NCBI RefSeq assembly: GCF_036321535.1
Contig: NC_087437.1
Span: 18,602,001 to 18,666,000, forward strand
Direction of reading: 5' to 3'
Length of the DNA stretch: 64,000 nt
Source of the DNA: Camelus dromedarius
Lineage: Eukaryota
The translations under genes were made by a program, and so were the position numbers. Within the stretch, counting starts at the first letter, position 1, and every line of letters begins with the position of its first letter. The notes under the pieces are model-generated. The model did not search any database. It saw nothing but the letters and a program-made list of their open reading frames with translations, and was not told where the DNA came from. Below, piece after piece: positions 28,779 to 40,618 of this stretch.

Positions 28779-29799
28779 CTGTAAGAAATTTTTCAAAAAA
28801 TATAATTACGATACGTACATCTAGTACATGCTGTCCTAACAATATTGTATACAAAGCCATCTTTACAGAGCTGCTTCTTTCAAGAACTTCAGTAGAACTG
28901 AAGAACTTGAGGCTGTTTTTAAATGGGTGCAAGCTCAAGGAATATTCGTATGTCTTAAATGTAAAAACTGTAACAAGTAAAATCAGTGTAAAATGGAAAA
29001 ATATAGCTTATAACTGCATGCATTCAAGGTTTCATAATAAGTAAAAGAACTCAATCACCATAAAACTGATATAATTTTATGCATATGTTTAGAAGAAAAT
29101 AACAATCAGGAAGGAACCAATATTAAGGATGTTAAAAAGAACCAAGCAAGAATTTAAGATTCTTAAGAGATCCATAATTCAGGATTTCAGATGGTTTAAT
29201 CAGCTTAGATATTTACACAGTGCGGGATACTGTAAACTCACAGTTTAAGTCCCTAACTAGCAATTTATTAGGAAATAATACATACCCCAAGATTTATAGA
29301 AGGGAATATAAATCTTGACTACTCTCTTGTCTTCAGTGAAGTATCTACTGGCCTGCTTTCCCTTTATTCTACAGCTTCCATCCCTCAGTGTCCTTTGAGC
29401 TCATTATCAAGAGCACCATCATTGTTATTGTTAATACATTCTTATAAAGCTCAGTGAGAAACCCTATCCTATCTGGCTTGCACAACACTAAGACATACTA
29501 CTTTCAGAAAAGGGTATCATTTCTAAGCACATGTTGACCTGCTCATAGTGTCAAGTTTGCTGAGACTTGGAGACTCTTATGGGAAAAAGAAGACTCAGCT
29601 TCTGGTACCATACCATCTCCCAGTAATCACCAGCTATATCCGGAATTGATTCTCTGCCTCAGCCCCACCATGGAAGCCAGGCAGGAGCTCTACAGCCAAG
29701 TGACTTGGGCCCCAGTTCCACCTCTATCTATAAGTTAGCCTAGAAACTAGTATAATTGAATTTTGCAGGTCACATGTAAAAGCAAAACACAAGAGTCAA

Positions 29800-32700
29800 T
29801 TGTATCTCTCCTACGTCATTCTATGAGGCAACATTACCCAAATATCAAGACCAGACAAAACAAAAAGAGACCCACAAACCAATAGCCCTTAAACACTGAT
29901 GCAAAAACTTAAAATATGAGCAAACCAAATTCAGCAGCATATTAAAGGATTATACACTATGACCAAGTGGGATTTATTCTTGGAAAGCAATAATGGTTCA
30001 ATATATGAAAACCAACATAATACATTACATTAACAGAAGGGGGGAAAATCCACATGATCATCTCACTTGATGCAGAGAAAGCATCTGACAAATTCTCCAA
30101 TACCCCTTCATGATAAAAACACTCAGCATACAAGGAACAGGAGGAAACTATCTCATTTTAATAAAAGCCGTCTATGAAAAACCCACAGTGAACATCATAC
30201 TCAACATTAAAAGACTGAAAGCCTCTCCTCTAATATCAGGAACCAGGCAAAGATGCCTGCATTCACCACTTCTATTCCACATAGTACTGGAAGTCCTAGC
30301 CAGAGCAATCAGGCAAGAAAAGAAATAAAAAACATAGAAATTGGAAAGGAAGAAGTAAAATTATCTCTATTTACAGATGATATGACATGCAGAAAACACT
30401 AAAGATTTCACCAAAAACACATATTAGAATAAATGAATTCAGCAAAGGATGAATTAACCAGGATACAAAGTCAACACACAAAAATCAATTCCATTTCTAT
30501 ACACTAATGATGAAAAATCCAGAAAGGAAATTAAGAAAACAATTACACTTATGATATCATTAAAAAGAATAAAATAAGAATAAACCAAGAAGGCAAAAGA
30601 CTTATACACTGAATATTATAAAAGGCTGTTGAAGGAAACTGAAGATAAAAATAACTGGAAAGATATTCTGTGTTCATAGACTGGAAGACTTAATATTAAG
30701 ATGTCAATACTACCCAAAGCACTCTACAGATTCAATGCAATCTCTATCAAAACCTCATGGACAATTTTTTTTGCAGAAACAGAAAAATCAATCCTAAAGT
30801 TCATATGGAATCTCAAGGGACCTCACAGAGTCAAAACAATCTTGAAAAAGAACAAAGTTAAAGTTCTCACACTTCCCGATTTCAAAGCTTACTACAAAGC
30901 TAAAGCAATCAAAACAGTGTGGCACTAGCATAAAAGACATATAAGCTAATGGAGTAGAACAGAAACCCCAGAAATAATCCTGTACATATGGTCAAGTTAT
31001 TTTCAACAAGAGTGCCAAGACCATCCAGTAGGGAAAGAACAGGCTTTGTTCAACAAATAATGTTAGGGAAACTAGAAAGCTACATATAAAAAATGAAGTT
31101 GTACCCTTACCTTTAAACATATAAAATTAACTCAAAATGGGTCAAAGATCTAAATGTAAGAGCTAAAACTATAAAACTCTTAGAGGAAAACAGAGGGCAA
31201 AAGCTTCATAAGATTGGATTTGGCAACTATTTTTTAGTTATGACACCAAAAGCATCAACAACAAAAGAAAATAAATAAATTTGACTTTATTAAAATTTAA
31301 AACTTCTTTGCATCAAAGGCATTATCAACAGAGTAAAATGATAATCTATGGAATGACAGAAAATATTTATAAATAATATATCTGATATGGAGTGAATAAC
31401 CAGAAGAAATACAGAACTCCTACAACTCAACAAAAATATAAATCTGATTTTAAAATGGACAAAGGACTTGAATAGATGTTTCTTTAAAAAAAATACACGA
31501 ATGGCCAATAAGCATATGAAAAGAGGCTCAACATCATTAACCATCAGGGAAATGCAAATTAAAATCACAAGATACCACTTCACACCCATTATGATGGCTA
31601 CTATTAACAAAAACAAAACAAAAACAGAAAACAACAAGCGTGGGTAGGGATGTGGAGAAATTGGAATCCTAGTGCGCTGCCAGTGGGAAAGTAAAATGGT
31701 ACAGCCACTCTGGAAAACGGTATGGCAGTTCCTCAAAAAATTAAACATAAAATTACCATATGATCCAGCAATCCCACTTCTGGGTATACACCAAAGAGAA
31801 CTGAAAGCAGGGACTTGAACAGATATTTGTACATCCATGTTCATAGTAGCATTATTCACAACAGCCAAAAGTGGAAACAACCCAAGTGCCTACTGATGGA
31901 TGAATGAATAAATAAACAAAGTATGGTATATACACAGTTGGCTCTTTAATAATGCAGGGGGTTAGGGGCACCAAAACTCAGTGCAGTCGAAAACTCACAT
32001 ATAACTTAGAATTGGCCCTCAGTATCCACAGTTCCTCCACATCTGTAGATTCAACCAACTTCAATCATGAAGTACTGCAGTATTTACTACTGAAAAACCC
32101 ACATATAAGCGGACATGCACAGTTCAAACCTGTGTTGTTCTAGGGTCAACTATACATAAAATAGAATATTATTCAGCCTTAAAAAGGAAATACTGACATG
32201 CTACAATGGATGAATGGATGAATCTTGAACACATTATGCTAAATGAAATAAGCCAGTCACAAAAGGACAAATATGGTATGATTCCACTTATATGACATGT
32301 CTAGAGTAGTCAAATAGAGACAAAGTAGAATGGTGGTTGCCAGGAGCTGCAGTGAGTGAGGAATGGGGAGGTACTGTTTATTGAGTATAGAGTTTTAGTT
32401 GGGAAGATGAAAAAAGTATGCAGGTGGGTGTTGAGAATGGTTGCACAATAATGTGAATGTACTGCCACTAAACTATACAGTTAAAAATGGTAAATTTTAT
32501 GTTAGTTATAATTTACCACAATAAAAGGGGGAGAATCAATTTCTCTATATATACTGGCTATGAACAACAAGAAATTGAAACAGAAAATACAAATATTTAC
32601 AATACCGTCAAAAAAATATTAAACATTTAGAGACAAATTTAATGAAACATGTGGAAAACCAGTGCACCCCAAATTACTATACATAGCTTAGAAAAGTTAA

Positions 32701-33540
32701 GGAAGACCTAAACAAATGGAGAGATGCATCATGTTCATGGATCAGAACATTCAGTACTGTTAACATGCCAATTTTCTCCCCAAATGGATCTACATACATG
32801 ATAAAATCCCACCAGGCTTTTTTTTTTTTTTTGCAGAAATCAACAAGTGAATTAGAAAACTGACATGGAAATGTAAAGGATCTAAAATAGCCAACACAAC
32901 ATTGAAAAAGAACACAAGTAAAAGACTTGTAGTGCCTGATTTCAAGATTAACAGTAATCAAAGCACTGCGGTTCTGGCATAAAGACAGATACGTATTTAA
33001 ATGGAACAGGACAATCCAGAAATAGACCCACACATATATAATTTGATTTTCACCAAAGATACAAAGGCAATCTGGTAGAGACAGGATAGTCTTTTTAACA
33101 AATAGTGGTGGAACAACTGGATATCATAACCTTGGGCTACACCTAGTTTTTTGGAAAGGAATCAAAAAGCACAATCTATCTTTAAAAACTGATAAGTTGA
33201 ACTTCATCAAAATTAAGAACTTATGCTTCTTGAAAGACACTAAGAGAATGAAGACAAGTCACAGGCAGCATCTTAAAAAGTTAAATATATACTTACCATA
33301 CAACTCAGCAATTCTAGTCTTAGGTATCTACCAAAGAGAAATGAAAGAATATGTCCACAGAAAGACTAACACAAATGTTGTAAGAGCTTTATCTGTAACA
33401 GCTAGAAATGGGAAACAAGTCAAATGTCCATCAATAGCAAAATCAACAAAGTGCAATATATCCATACAAAGAATAAACTAGTGATACATCCAATAACATG
33501 GACGAATCTTGAAATAATTATGTTGAGTGAAAGATAACCA
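29800..33540 (+). mobile_element. L1 ORF2/3'UTR fragments (two elements, junction ~32525)
   Basis: ORFs 30110..30328 ([28 protein letters not shown]) and 30701..30928 ([14 protein letters not shown]) are L1 ORF2 reverse-transcriptase-region remnants; frameshifted. Confidence 0.9.
31935..32152. mobile_element. Tigger2/MER8-like MITE nested in L1
   Basis: TIRs CAGTTGGCTCTT / TAGGGTCAACTA; host L1 text resumes after the insert. Confidence 0.72.
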
Positions 33541-33547
33541 ATGATTC

Positions 33548-34161
33548 TGAGACAGAAAGAGTACAGTCATTTTGGAAAAGGATGGAGGGAACAGTCTTGA
33601 ACAAGTGGGCTTGACAGGCTGGGTAAAACAAAGCACCTAAAGCCTTGGGCCTCTGAGACAAGACCCAGAGATCCACAGGAATAAAAGACTATCTCTGTTC
33701 CACTGATGTATGTATATACATAGTTTTCAAAGGACTAAAGTGGGACTATAAATTTACCACATAGCAGAATCGCCCAACTCCCAGTTCCCTGAAAGATACA
33801 GATAAAGGTCTGACACACATTCCTAAAATGTTTTTGCAGGAAGCGAATCCCCCAGATGAAAACTGCTGATTTCAAGCATGTAGATTTGAAACCGGGTTGA
33901 TGATACTTGAAACATCATCTTGATGCCAACGAATCCAAGAACTGAGCACAAGCTGATCAGGCACTCTGCGGCCCCCTCCCTCACACTGCCTTTAAAACCT
34001 CTTGCCTGAAAGTCCTCAGGGAGTTGGCACTCTTCTCCGCCTTCTCCCTTGTGCACATGCTATCCTTTCAATAAAAAGCTCTGCTTGCCTAAGCATTCTG
34101 TGGAAGCGATATTCATCTCTACAATATTGCAGTCCAAGAATCTGGAGAGTGCCTGGTAAGA
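33548..34161 (+). mobile_element. ERV1-like solo LTR
   Basis: Starts TG; TTTAAAA TATA-like box at ~33991; AATAAA at ~34070; imperfect TSD ATTC/ATTT. Confidence 0.65.
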
Positions 34162-35671
34162 ATTTTAATAGCCCAGGCCATCCTTCCTGTACCTCCTTCC
34201 TCCCTACCTAGATATCAGTTACCTAATCATGTATTAGGAATATCTTGCTGACTTTAGATCCATTTTCTCATTTGGCTCCAAGAAGCACTCAGTCTCATGG
34301 CTCTGTGTATATTTTAAAAAGCTAAAGTCAACAGAGTAATCCAACACAAAGTAAAAAACTGAAGCTAAAGAATTTGTGGAGACAAAGTGTATAAATGAGC
34401 TTGGTGGCTTTACATTGGGTGGTTTGTATAATACATAATAATTAGGCAGAGAATAAAGAATTAGATTTTTTCGCTGCTTTTTAAAAGTTTAAATAACAAC
34501 AGGAAGGAAACATTGTGTTATTTCAATTTTCAGTAGTAAATAAATGTGTGGAGAGAATAAAAATATGGAACTGAAATATACAACAATAAATAAGTTGGAG
34601 AATGGTAAAATTGTTTTATGATTGTTACACTGTCATAGAATAAGGCAAAAACTATAATGTAACATTAAATTTTAAGAAGTCAAGAATGCATATTTGAATC
34701 TTTGAGGTAACCACTAAAAGAACAGTAAAAATCAGCTTCCTGATCCATACATTTCCTATAAAGAAAGAAGAGGGACAACTACATCCTGATACTGATGGTG
34801 TGACTTAAAACTAAAATTATCTGCTTAGAACTTTAGAGGACCGAGCAGTTTATCAAATTACATCCCAATAAGCTAATACACTAGCCTATGTTCAGAAAAA
34901 GGGAAACTGCTCCACAGAACACAGAAACTGCAAATACATTGTTGTCTTTTGGTTTCTGCATTTCCCCAGCAATCTCTCAATAGCAGTCTTTCAAAATACT
35001 GTTGTCAAACATCTGTGGATTTCCTTCATCTCTTTGTCACATACATACAAAATCAGTGTTTCCTTTCTCTCAATGGCAAAATACACAGCACTAAACCATT
35101 CTAAAATTAGAAACAAGTGTACACCAAAAAAAAAAAGAAGAAGAAGAAGAAGAAGAATGTGCCTCAAACTGTGAAATAATTATTCTCCAGGAGCACTTCA
35201 ATCTTCCCCAAAAAAGCACAGATTGACTAGAAACAGAATATATGACGACTAGTCTATAATAGAATGGGACAATCGAACAACATTGAGGGGCAGCAATTCC
35301 TTGGGTTTGTCAGTTTCTGTTGACATGCTATAAAAACTACCCTTCAGGGACTTAAAAAACAAAAAAGCAAGCAATTTCAATTGACCAGATTAGCATAGAC
35401 ACCTTCCCCAACACCAAGTTTCCACACCCCAATCCTAATTCTGTCTGCCCCCAATGATAGACTGAAACATGAGACCTCCTCTGTACCAGTTTACAAGTTA
35501 TGTAACACATCTCTGGGACCTGAAACAAAAAGTTAATGGCCCATAACTCATTTATATTAGACAGAACCACTTGACAGGAAATATATGCCACTCCACTCAA
35601 GTCACCCTTACCAATGAATCCTCAAGTATCTGTTCTTTGAATTGCCTAAAACTCTGGTAAATTTACAAGTC

Positions 35672-35767
35672 TTATATTTTAATAATTTGACTCTGTGATT
35701 ATTTATATATAACAACCTCTTTATATCTTAATAATTTGACTCTTTGGTTATTTATATATCAATCTCT
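35672..35767 (+). repeat. Tandem duplication of a ~49-bp AT-rich unit (2 copies)
   Basis: TTATAT(T/C)TTAATAATTTGACTCT(G/T)TG(A/G)TTATTTATATAT at 35672 and 35721. Confidence 0.9.
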
Positions 35768-36649
35768 TTGAAAAAATAAATATCTTCCTTAAAAAAGAAC
35801 AGTGATCTAACCCCTAGCCCTCAGCTACCTCTGTCAGCACCACCTGATGGCTGCTTTTCTCACGTTAGCAGGTTGATGAATTAAAGAGCTTCAGGTTTCC
35901 ACACGCCCTGTATCTGAGAGCAAGGTCAAAATCAAATATATACAGAAATATTTCCAAAATCCCCCTCTGTGTAGAGAGATTTTAGAACGTACCACTGATG
36001 AGGAGAGCAGTCTAACAAAGCAAACCTAAAAGTGTAAAGTTCTAACAGCAGAGGATTTTGTTGACAGATGAATAACAGAAACAGACTTGGCCATCAAAGA
36101 ATGACAGTGTCTTCTCTGAAGCTGTGATCAACACCAGCAGGTGCACCATTGGCCATCCCAAATTGGCAGCCTAAATGAGGGCAGAACACCAACGGCCTGT
36201 GGTCTCACATCAGAACCCCCAAGTATCTCTTGTTGATTCTCTCTGACCTTGGAATTTATATTAACTCATCAGATCCTTCTGATGCTGCCAGCATAAACTG
36301 AGGGGATGTCTAGACCCTGCCTGATGAGTACTGGTCCCTTTTAGGCAGGCTAAACACCCTGTGTGCAGTAAGTACATATAGCGTTGTGACAACAAAAAAA
36401 TTTCAAAATAAGGACTTAATATTTATAATGATATAATGTTTCTAAGTATTTGTAATGTCTTACACAACAAAACACTGGTTATCACTACAAGAGGTTTGTT
36501 TCTTTTAATCACAAAAACACCCAAGTTTTAAAATAAGGGTTTTTTAAAATTAGGAAATTAAGTATTCAATGTTATAATATTGCTATTTCTATAAAAAGAA
36601 AAGTAACAAAACTTAAAATCACAAAGTATATTCCATACAAACCTTATGT

Positions 36650-37750
36650 ATTTAACTCAATAACTCAAATATTTATTGAGCATCTACAACTAATAATAAA
36701 GCAAACACTTTTTTAGCCTGAAACAAAACAGAGAAAAATATTTGCCCTCATGGAGCTTGCATTCTAACACAGGGAGATATACAAACAAAACAAAATATGT
36801 TAGTATGTTACATGGTGGTGAGAACTATGGATAAAACATAAAGCAGGGAAGGCAATACGATATGTGAAGGACAGGACTGCCAATTGTAAGTAAAGTAGTC
36901 AAAAAAGGAATCCCTGAGAGATGGTAATGTGACAACTGAGTAAGTAGAGAGTAAACACACCATGAAGCTATTTTTAAAAAGCATGCATAGCAAAGAAAAA
37001 AGGAAGAACAAAATGCACTAAGTCCCTGAGGTGAGACTGTTCCAGAAAAATGTTCAATGAAAAGCAAGAAAGGCAGTGTGGCTGGAGTAGAATAAGCAAG
37101 AGGTACAGTAGAGTAGATGAAGCCAGAAGGTAACACAGGGCCAGATCATGTAGGACCTGGTAAGCCATGGTGAGACTTATGGATTTTCCTCTTTAAAAAA
37201 AAAAAAGGAAAGTCATTGGAATGTTTTGAGCTACTATGTTGAGAGCAAGTTAAAAAAAAGGAAGGGTGGAAGTAGCAAAACCAAGAGAGAAGCAGGAAAG
37301 AAATGAAGGTGACTTGGACCTGAGTAGAGACTAAAAGAAGAAAGTCTGGGGAGGAAATTCAGGAACTCAGTTTCAGACATGCAAAAAAGTTCTAGGTGCC
37401 TATTGGATGTCCAGTGGAGACATCAAGTAGCAAGCAGGATGTGAGTCTGGAATTAAGGGAAGAGGTCTGGGCTATTAGATTAAAAGATGCTGTGAATTTG
37501 CAAGAGAGTGAGAATATACAAGAAAGAAAAAAGGTCTAAGGAATGAGTCTGGGAATCCCAACACTAAGAGGTTAGGAGGAAGAGAACTAGCAAAGGAATT
37601 CAAGAATAACCAGTGAGGCTGGAGGAAAACCAGGAGAGAGGATGTTCTGGAAACCAAGCAAAGAAAGAATCTCAAGGCAGCAACAATGACAGGTCAAGTA
37701 AGAAAAGGAGAATTGAACTAAGCACACAGAAGTCACGTGGGACCTTGATG
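36650..37750 (-). mobile_element. L2 LINE fragment
   Basis: caaatatttattgagcatctac, gccctcatggagcttgcattcta and gtgtggctggagtagaataagc, all typical L2 3' motifs. Confidence 0.75.
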
Positions 37751-37794
37751 AGCCGTTTTAACACTGTTTTGTAAGAAAATGTAAAACCCAGTAC

Positions 37795-37975
37795 CTGTAA
37801 AGCTTTTTGCTCCTTTTGAAGTTCTTTTATTTTATTCTGTTGTTGGCAAACCCTACTTAGGGATTCATCCTCCATTTCACCAATTTTGGATTTCACACTC
37901 TCCATAATTTGTTCCAAGTCATTAGCTCGTTGTTCCTGATCTGCTGCTCGGCTTTTTTCTATCTGAAGTTCATTT
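37795..37975 (-). CDS. CEP70: CEP70 exon 6: [60 protein letters not shown] (coiled coil)
   Basis: Inside ORF 37672..37989; TTAG| acceptor, CAG|GTACTG donor, 181 nt. Confidence 0.96.
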
Positions 37976-38299
37976 CTAATAACAGACACATAACCCTTCC
38001 CTTAGTAATCAAATCATAACAACAAACATATCCATCTAACAACATAATGAGTTTCTAAAATATCTTTGCATTCTTAAAATTTCTGTCTTATAACACAAAC
38101 CAATAGAAAAAATATATGGTTACCATTACACGTCTAAGCTAAGCTACTACCAAAAGATTTATCTATTAAAATATCTTAATTTAATATTTAATCAAGATGG
38201 AAAATTAAATGTCAAGATTTTTTTTCAAGGGAATTATGTTTAGAATGCATACTACTTGTATACAAACAATTCAAAAGAGATTCTTTTCCATTTTCTTAC

Positions 38300-38423
38300 T
38301 TAAGCTGTTTATTAGTTTCTATGAGCTCCCGGATCATGTTCTGTTGACGTGATGTTTCTTCCACCAAAGTTTTTAAATTCTCCCTCATCCTTTGTGATGA
38401 CTGTTTATCAAAAATGATGAGAT
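38300..38423 (-). CDS. CEP70: CEP70 exon 5: (D)[40 protein letters not shown]
   Basis: TGTAG| acceptor, AA|GTAAGA donor, 124 nt, phases 1 and 2 consistent with neighbours. Confidence 0.95.
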
Positions 38424-38549
38424 CTACATTTTAAAAAATGTAATACACAGAGTAAAAATAAAGGTAAAGGAAAAAAATTTAAGATAAAAAATTTTTAAAG
38501 GAAAAAAGAAGCTTTTTATTAATAAGGAGCAAGAATAGGATCTGATTAC

Positions 38550-38640
38550 CTTTCAGATCTGTTCTTTTGACTAGAGATAAAGGTTTTAAGCCATGCACCA
38601 TCAACAGCACATTTATGTTTTCCCATTCTGCTTCTTCCTG
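38550..38640 (-). CDS. CEP70: CEP70 exon 4: [30 protein letters not shown]
   Basis: TAG| acceptor, G|GTAATC donor, 91 nt; matches recalled human CEP70. Confidence 0.95.
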
Positions 38641-40492
38641 CTACAATTACACAGAGAAAAAGATCAACTTGAAGATATAAAGTAAAGAAATACCCTCTTG
38701 TATATAATTTCCTTTGTTTTCAGAATAACAGAACTTTCTCTAAAAGCTTTAATATGAATTTTTATGCCCATATAATGGTTAAAATTAAAACAAATTTGTT
38801 TTTAACAAAATTAGCAGACTAAAAAGAATGAAAATAAGCATAAATAATTAATTATATAATTTCAGAATACTCACTTATAGGGCTTAATGGATAAATTTAA
38901 ACAAAAAAAAGAACAAAAACTTGTAATTTCAGTGAACCAAACAGATCTCAGGTTTTTGATGTAACTGAACAAGACTGGGCCCCACTCAAAATAAAAAGCT
39001 GCAAATTAGATTATGTTAATGAATAGTAAAGAAAGGGTGAGTCACTCAGGAACAAGTGTCACTTTAACACTGCCTGGGGTCACAACGAAATCAAACATTT
39101 GCCTGGTTGGAGCCAATAATTTAGGTAGTTTCCTGTAATAATGGACAAGGCCTAACTATGAAAAGAGTCTGTTCATCAAGGTAACTGATTCTAGTAGAAT
39201 CACTCTGAAAGACACTCTTTAAGTTTTGTATCCCCGATTCTAAACATGTATTTACACTATAAACCTGAGAAGGGAACTCTAACTCACTAGGTTAAATAAA
39301 TAAAAACCTAACAAGGAAGAAAATAAGGACATAAAATACTTAGATTAGAATAGAAATATATATGATTTTTTAATGACACATTTAAATCCACCATACTAAT
39401 AGTTTTATAATGGGCTCAATGTAAGTACAACGATCAATTTTGAAATCACTGTGGGAGGGATTTTGTGTGCTTTTTAAAATACTTTACGTATCTTGTATAG
39501 TATATTTGTGAAAAGGTAATTTGAGTGAATTTTTAATCTATTTAAATGTTTGAAAAAATTTACACAATAGTTTTTTATGACTGTACAGTATATAAATATT
39601 ATAATAGCTTTAAGGTTTAATAATTTAGACTACTTTTAAAAGTACAAATAAAAGTATTGCTTTCCACATCCAAATGCCCCTCAGATAGTAAAATCAACCA
39701 AGATAGATAAGCAACACAGATACACTGTATAGCAACAGAATCAGCCATTACCGTGTAATAACTTTTAATGAAGTATAATCTGTAAAAATATTCACTATGC
39801 TGTACACCTGAAACTAATATAATACTATAAATCAATTATACTTCAATTAAAAAAACTATCAAGACAAAACAAACTATTCAGATGACTGTGACTCACAGCA
39901 TCAAACAAATCTTTTGATTGCTGACTTCTTCTTTATCCAGTCTATAATTCTCCTCCCTCCCTTGTTTTCCCTTATTTATGTGGTCAAGTCACAAAGATTA
40001 ATAATATAGAAGTAAAATTACTGCTGGTATCTGTTTTAGAAGCCAAAAGCTCTGTGTGGGTATCTAAGTGGATGTCTACTATGACTCATAAAAACAAAAT
40101 GCTCTGTAAATAATAATGGCATGCGTTATGAATGACCAAATGATACATATTGTTCCCTGATAACTCTTTTGAGAGTAACATAACTGTTTGCAAATTCTGA
40201 AAATAGTTGAGAATGGCATTTTACAAAGTATGTACTCCAGAACACCAGGCTAATGAAACATTCATCAGATTAGTGCTAAATAAGTAGGAAATACTCTATA
40301 TTAAAGCCTCCTTTTGGAGACTGACAGTATTGTGAAGTCTTATACTAACATCATTCAATAATCTTTAAACCATCATTTTCCAAAATGATTTTACTAAAGA
40401 AGCCTCTTAAAGTAAGACTGTTCACATTTGTAGGTGTGGCACTCTTTGACATATACTTTGAGAAACAGTGGCTTCAACTATCTGAAGTTTAC

Positions 40493-40618
40493 CTGTTTTT
40501 CAGTCATGAGTCTGTCTGATGATTTGCTGGATTCCTGGGCTTTAGGGGCTGCTGTAGATACAGTTTCTTTTGTAGAGTCAAAAGAAGTAGGGATTGGCAA
40601 TAAAAAACTGTAACTTGC
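40493..40618 (-). CDS. CEP70: CEP70 exon 3: [42 protein letters not shown]
   Basis: Pyrimidine-rich acceptor ...TTTTTAATTTAG| and donor CAG|GTAAAC; 126 nt with no stop; C-terminal half resembles human [23 protein letters not shown]. Confidence 0.8.

Noticed and set aside
31290..31880. 196-aa minus-strand ORF (and the similar 163-aa ORF at 49787..50278)
   Set aside because: Antisense readings of the L1 ORF2 3' region, a common artefact.
35672..35767. Short direct repeats as a CRISPR-like array
   Set aside because: Only two adjacent copies with no spacers, in eukaryotic intronic DNA; a simple tandem duplication.
36315..36360. CTGATGAG as a hammerhead ribozyme core (also on the minus strand at ~36265-36272)
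   Set aside because: No correctly placed GAAA, and no stem I/III with a UH cleavage site could be built; the flanks form a simple hairpin instead.
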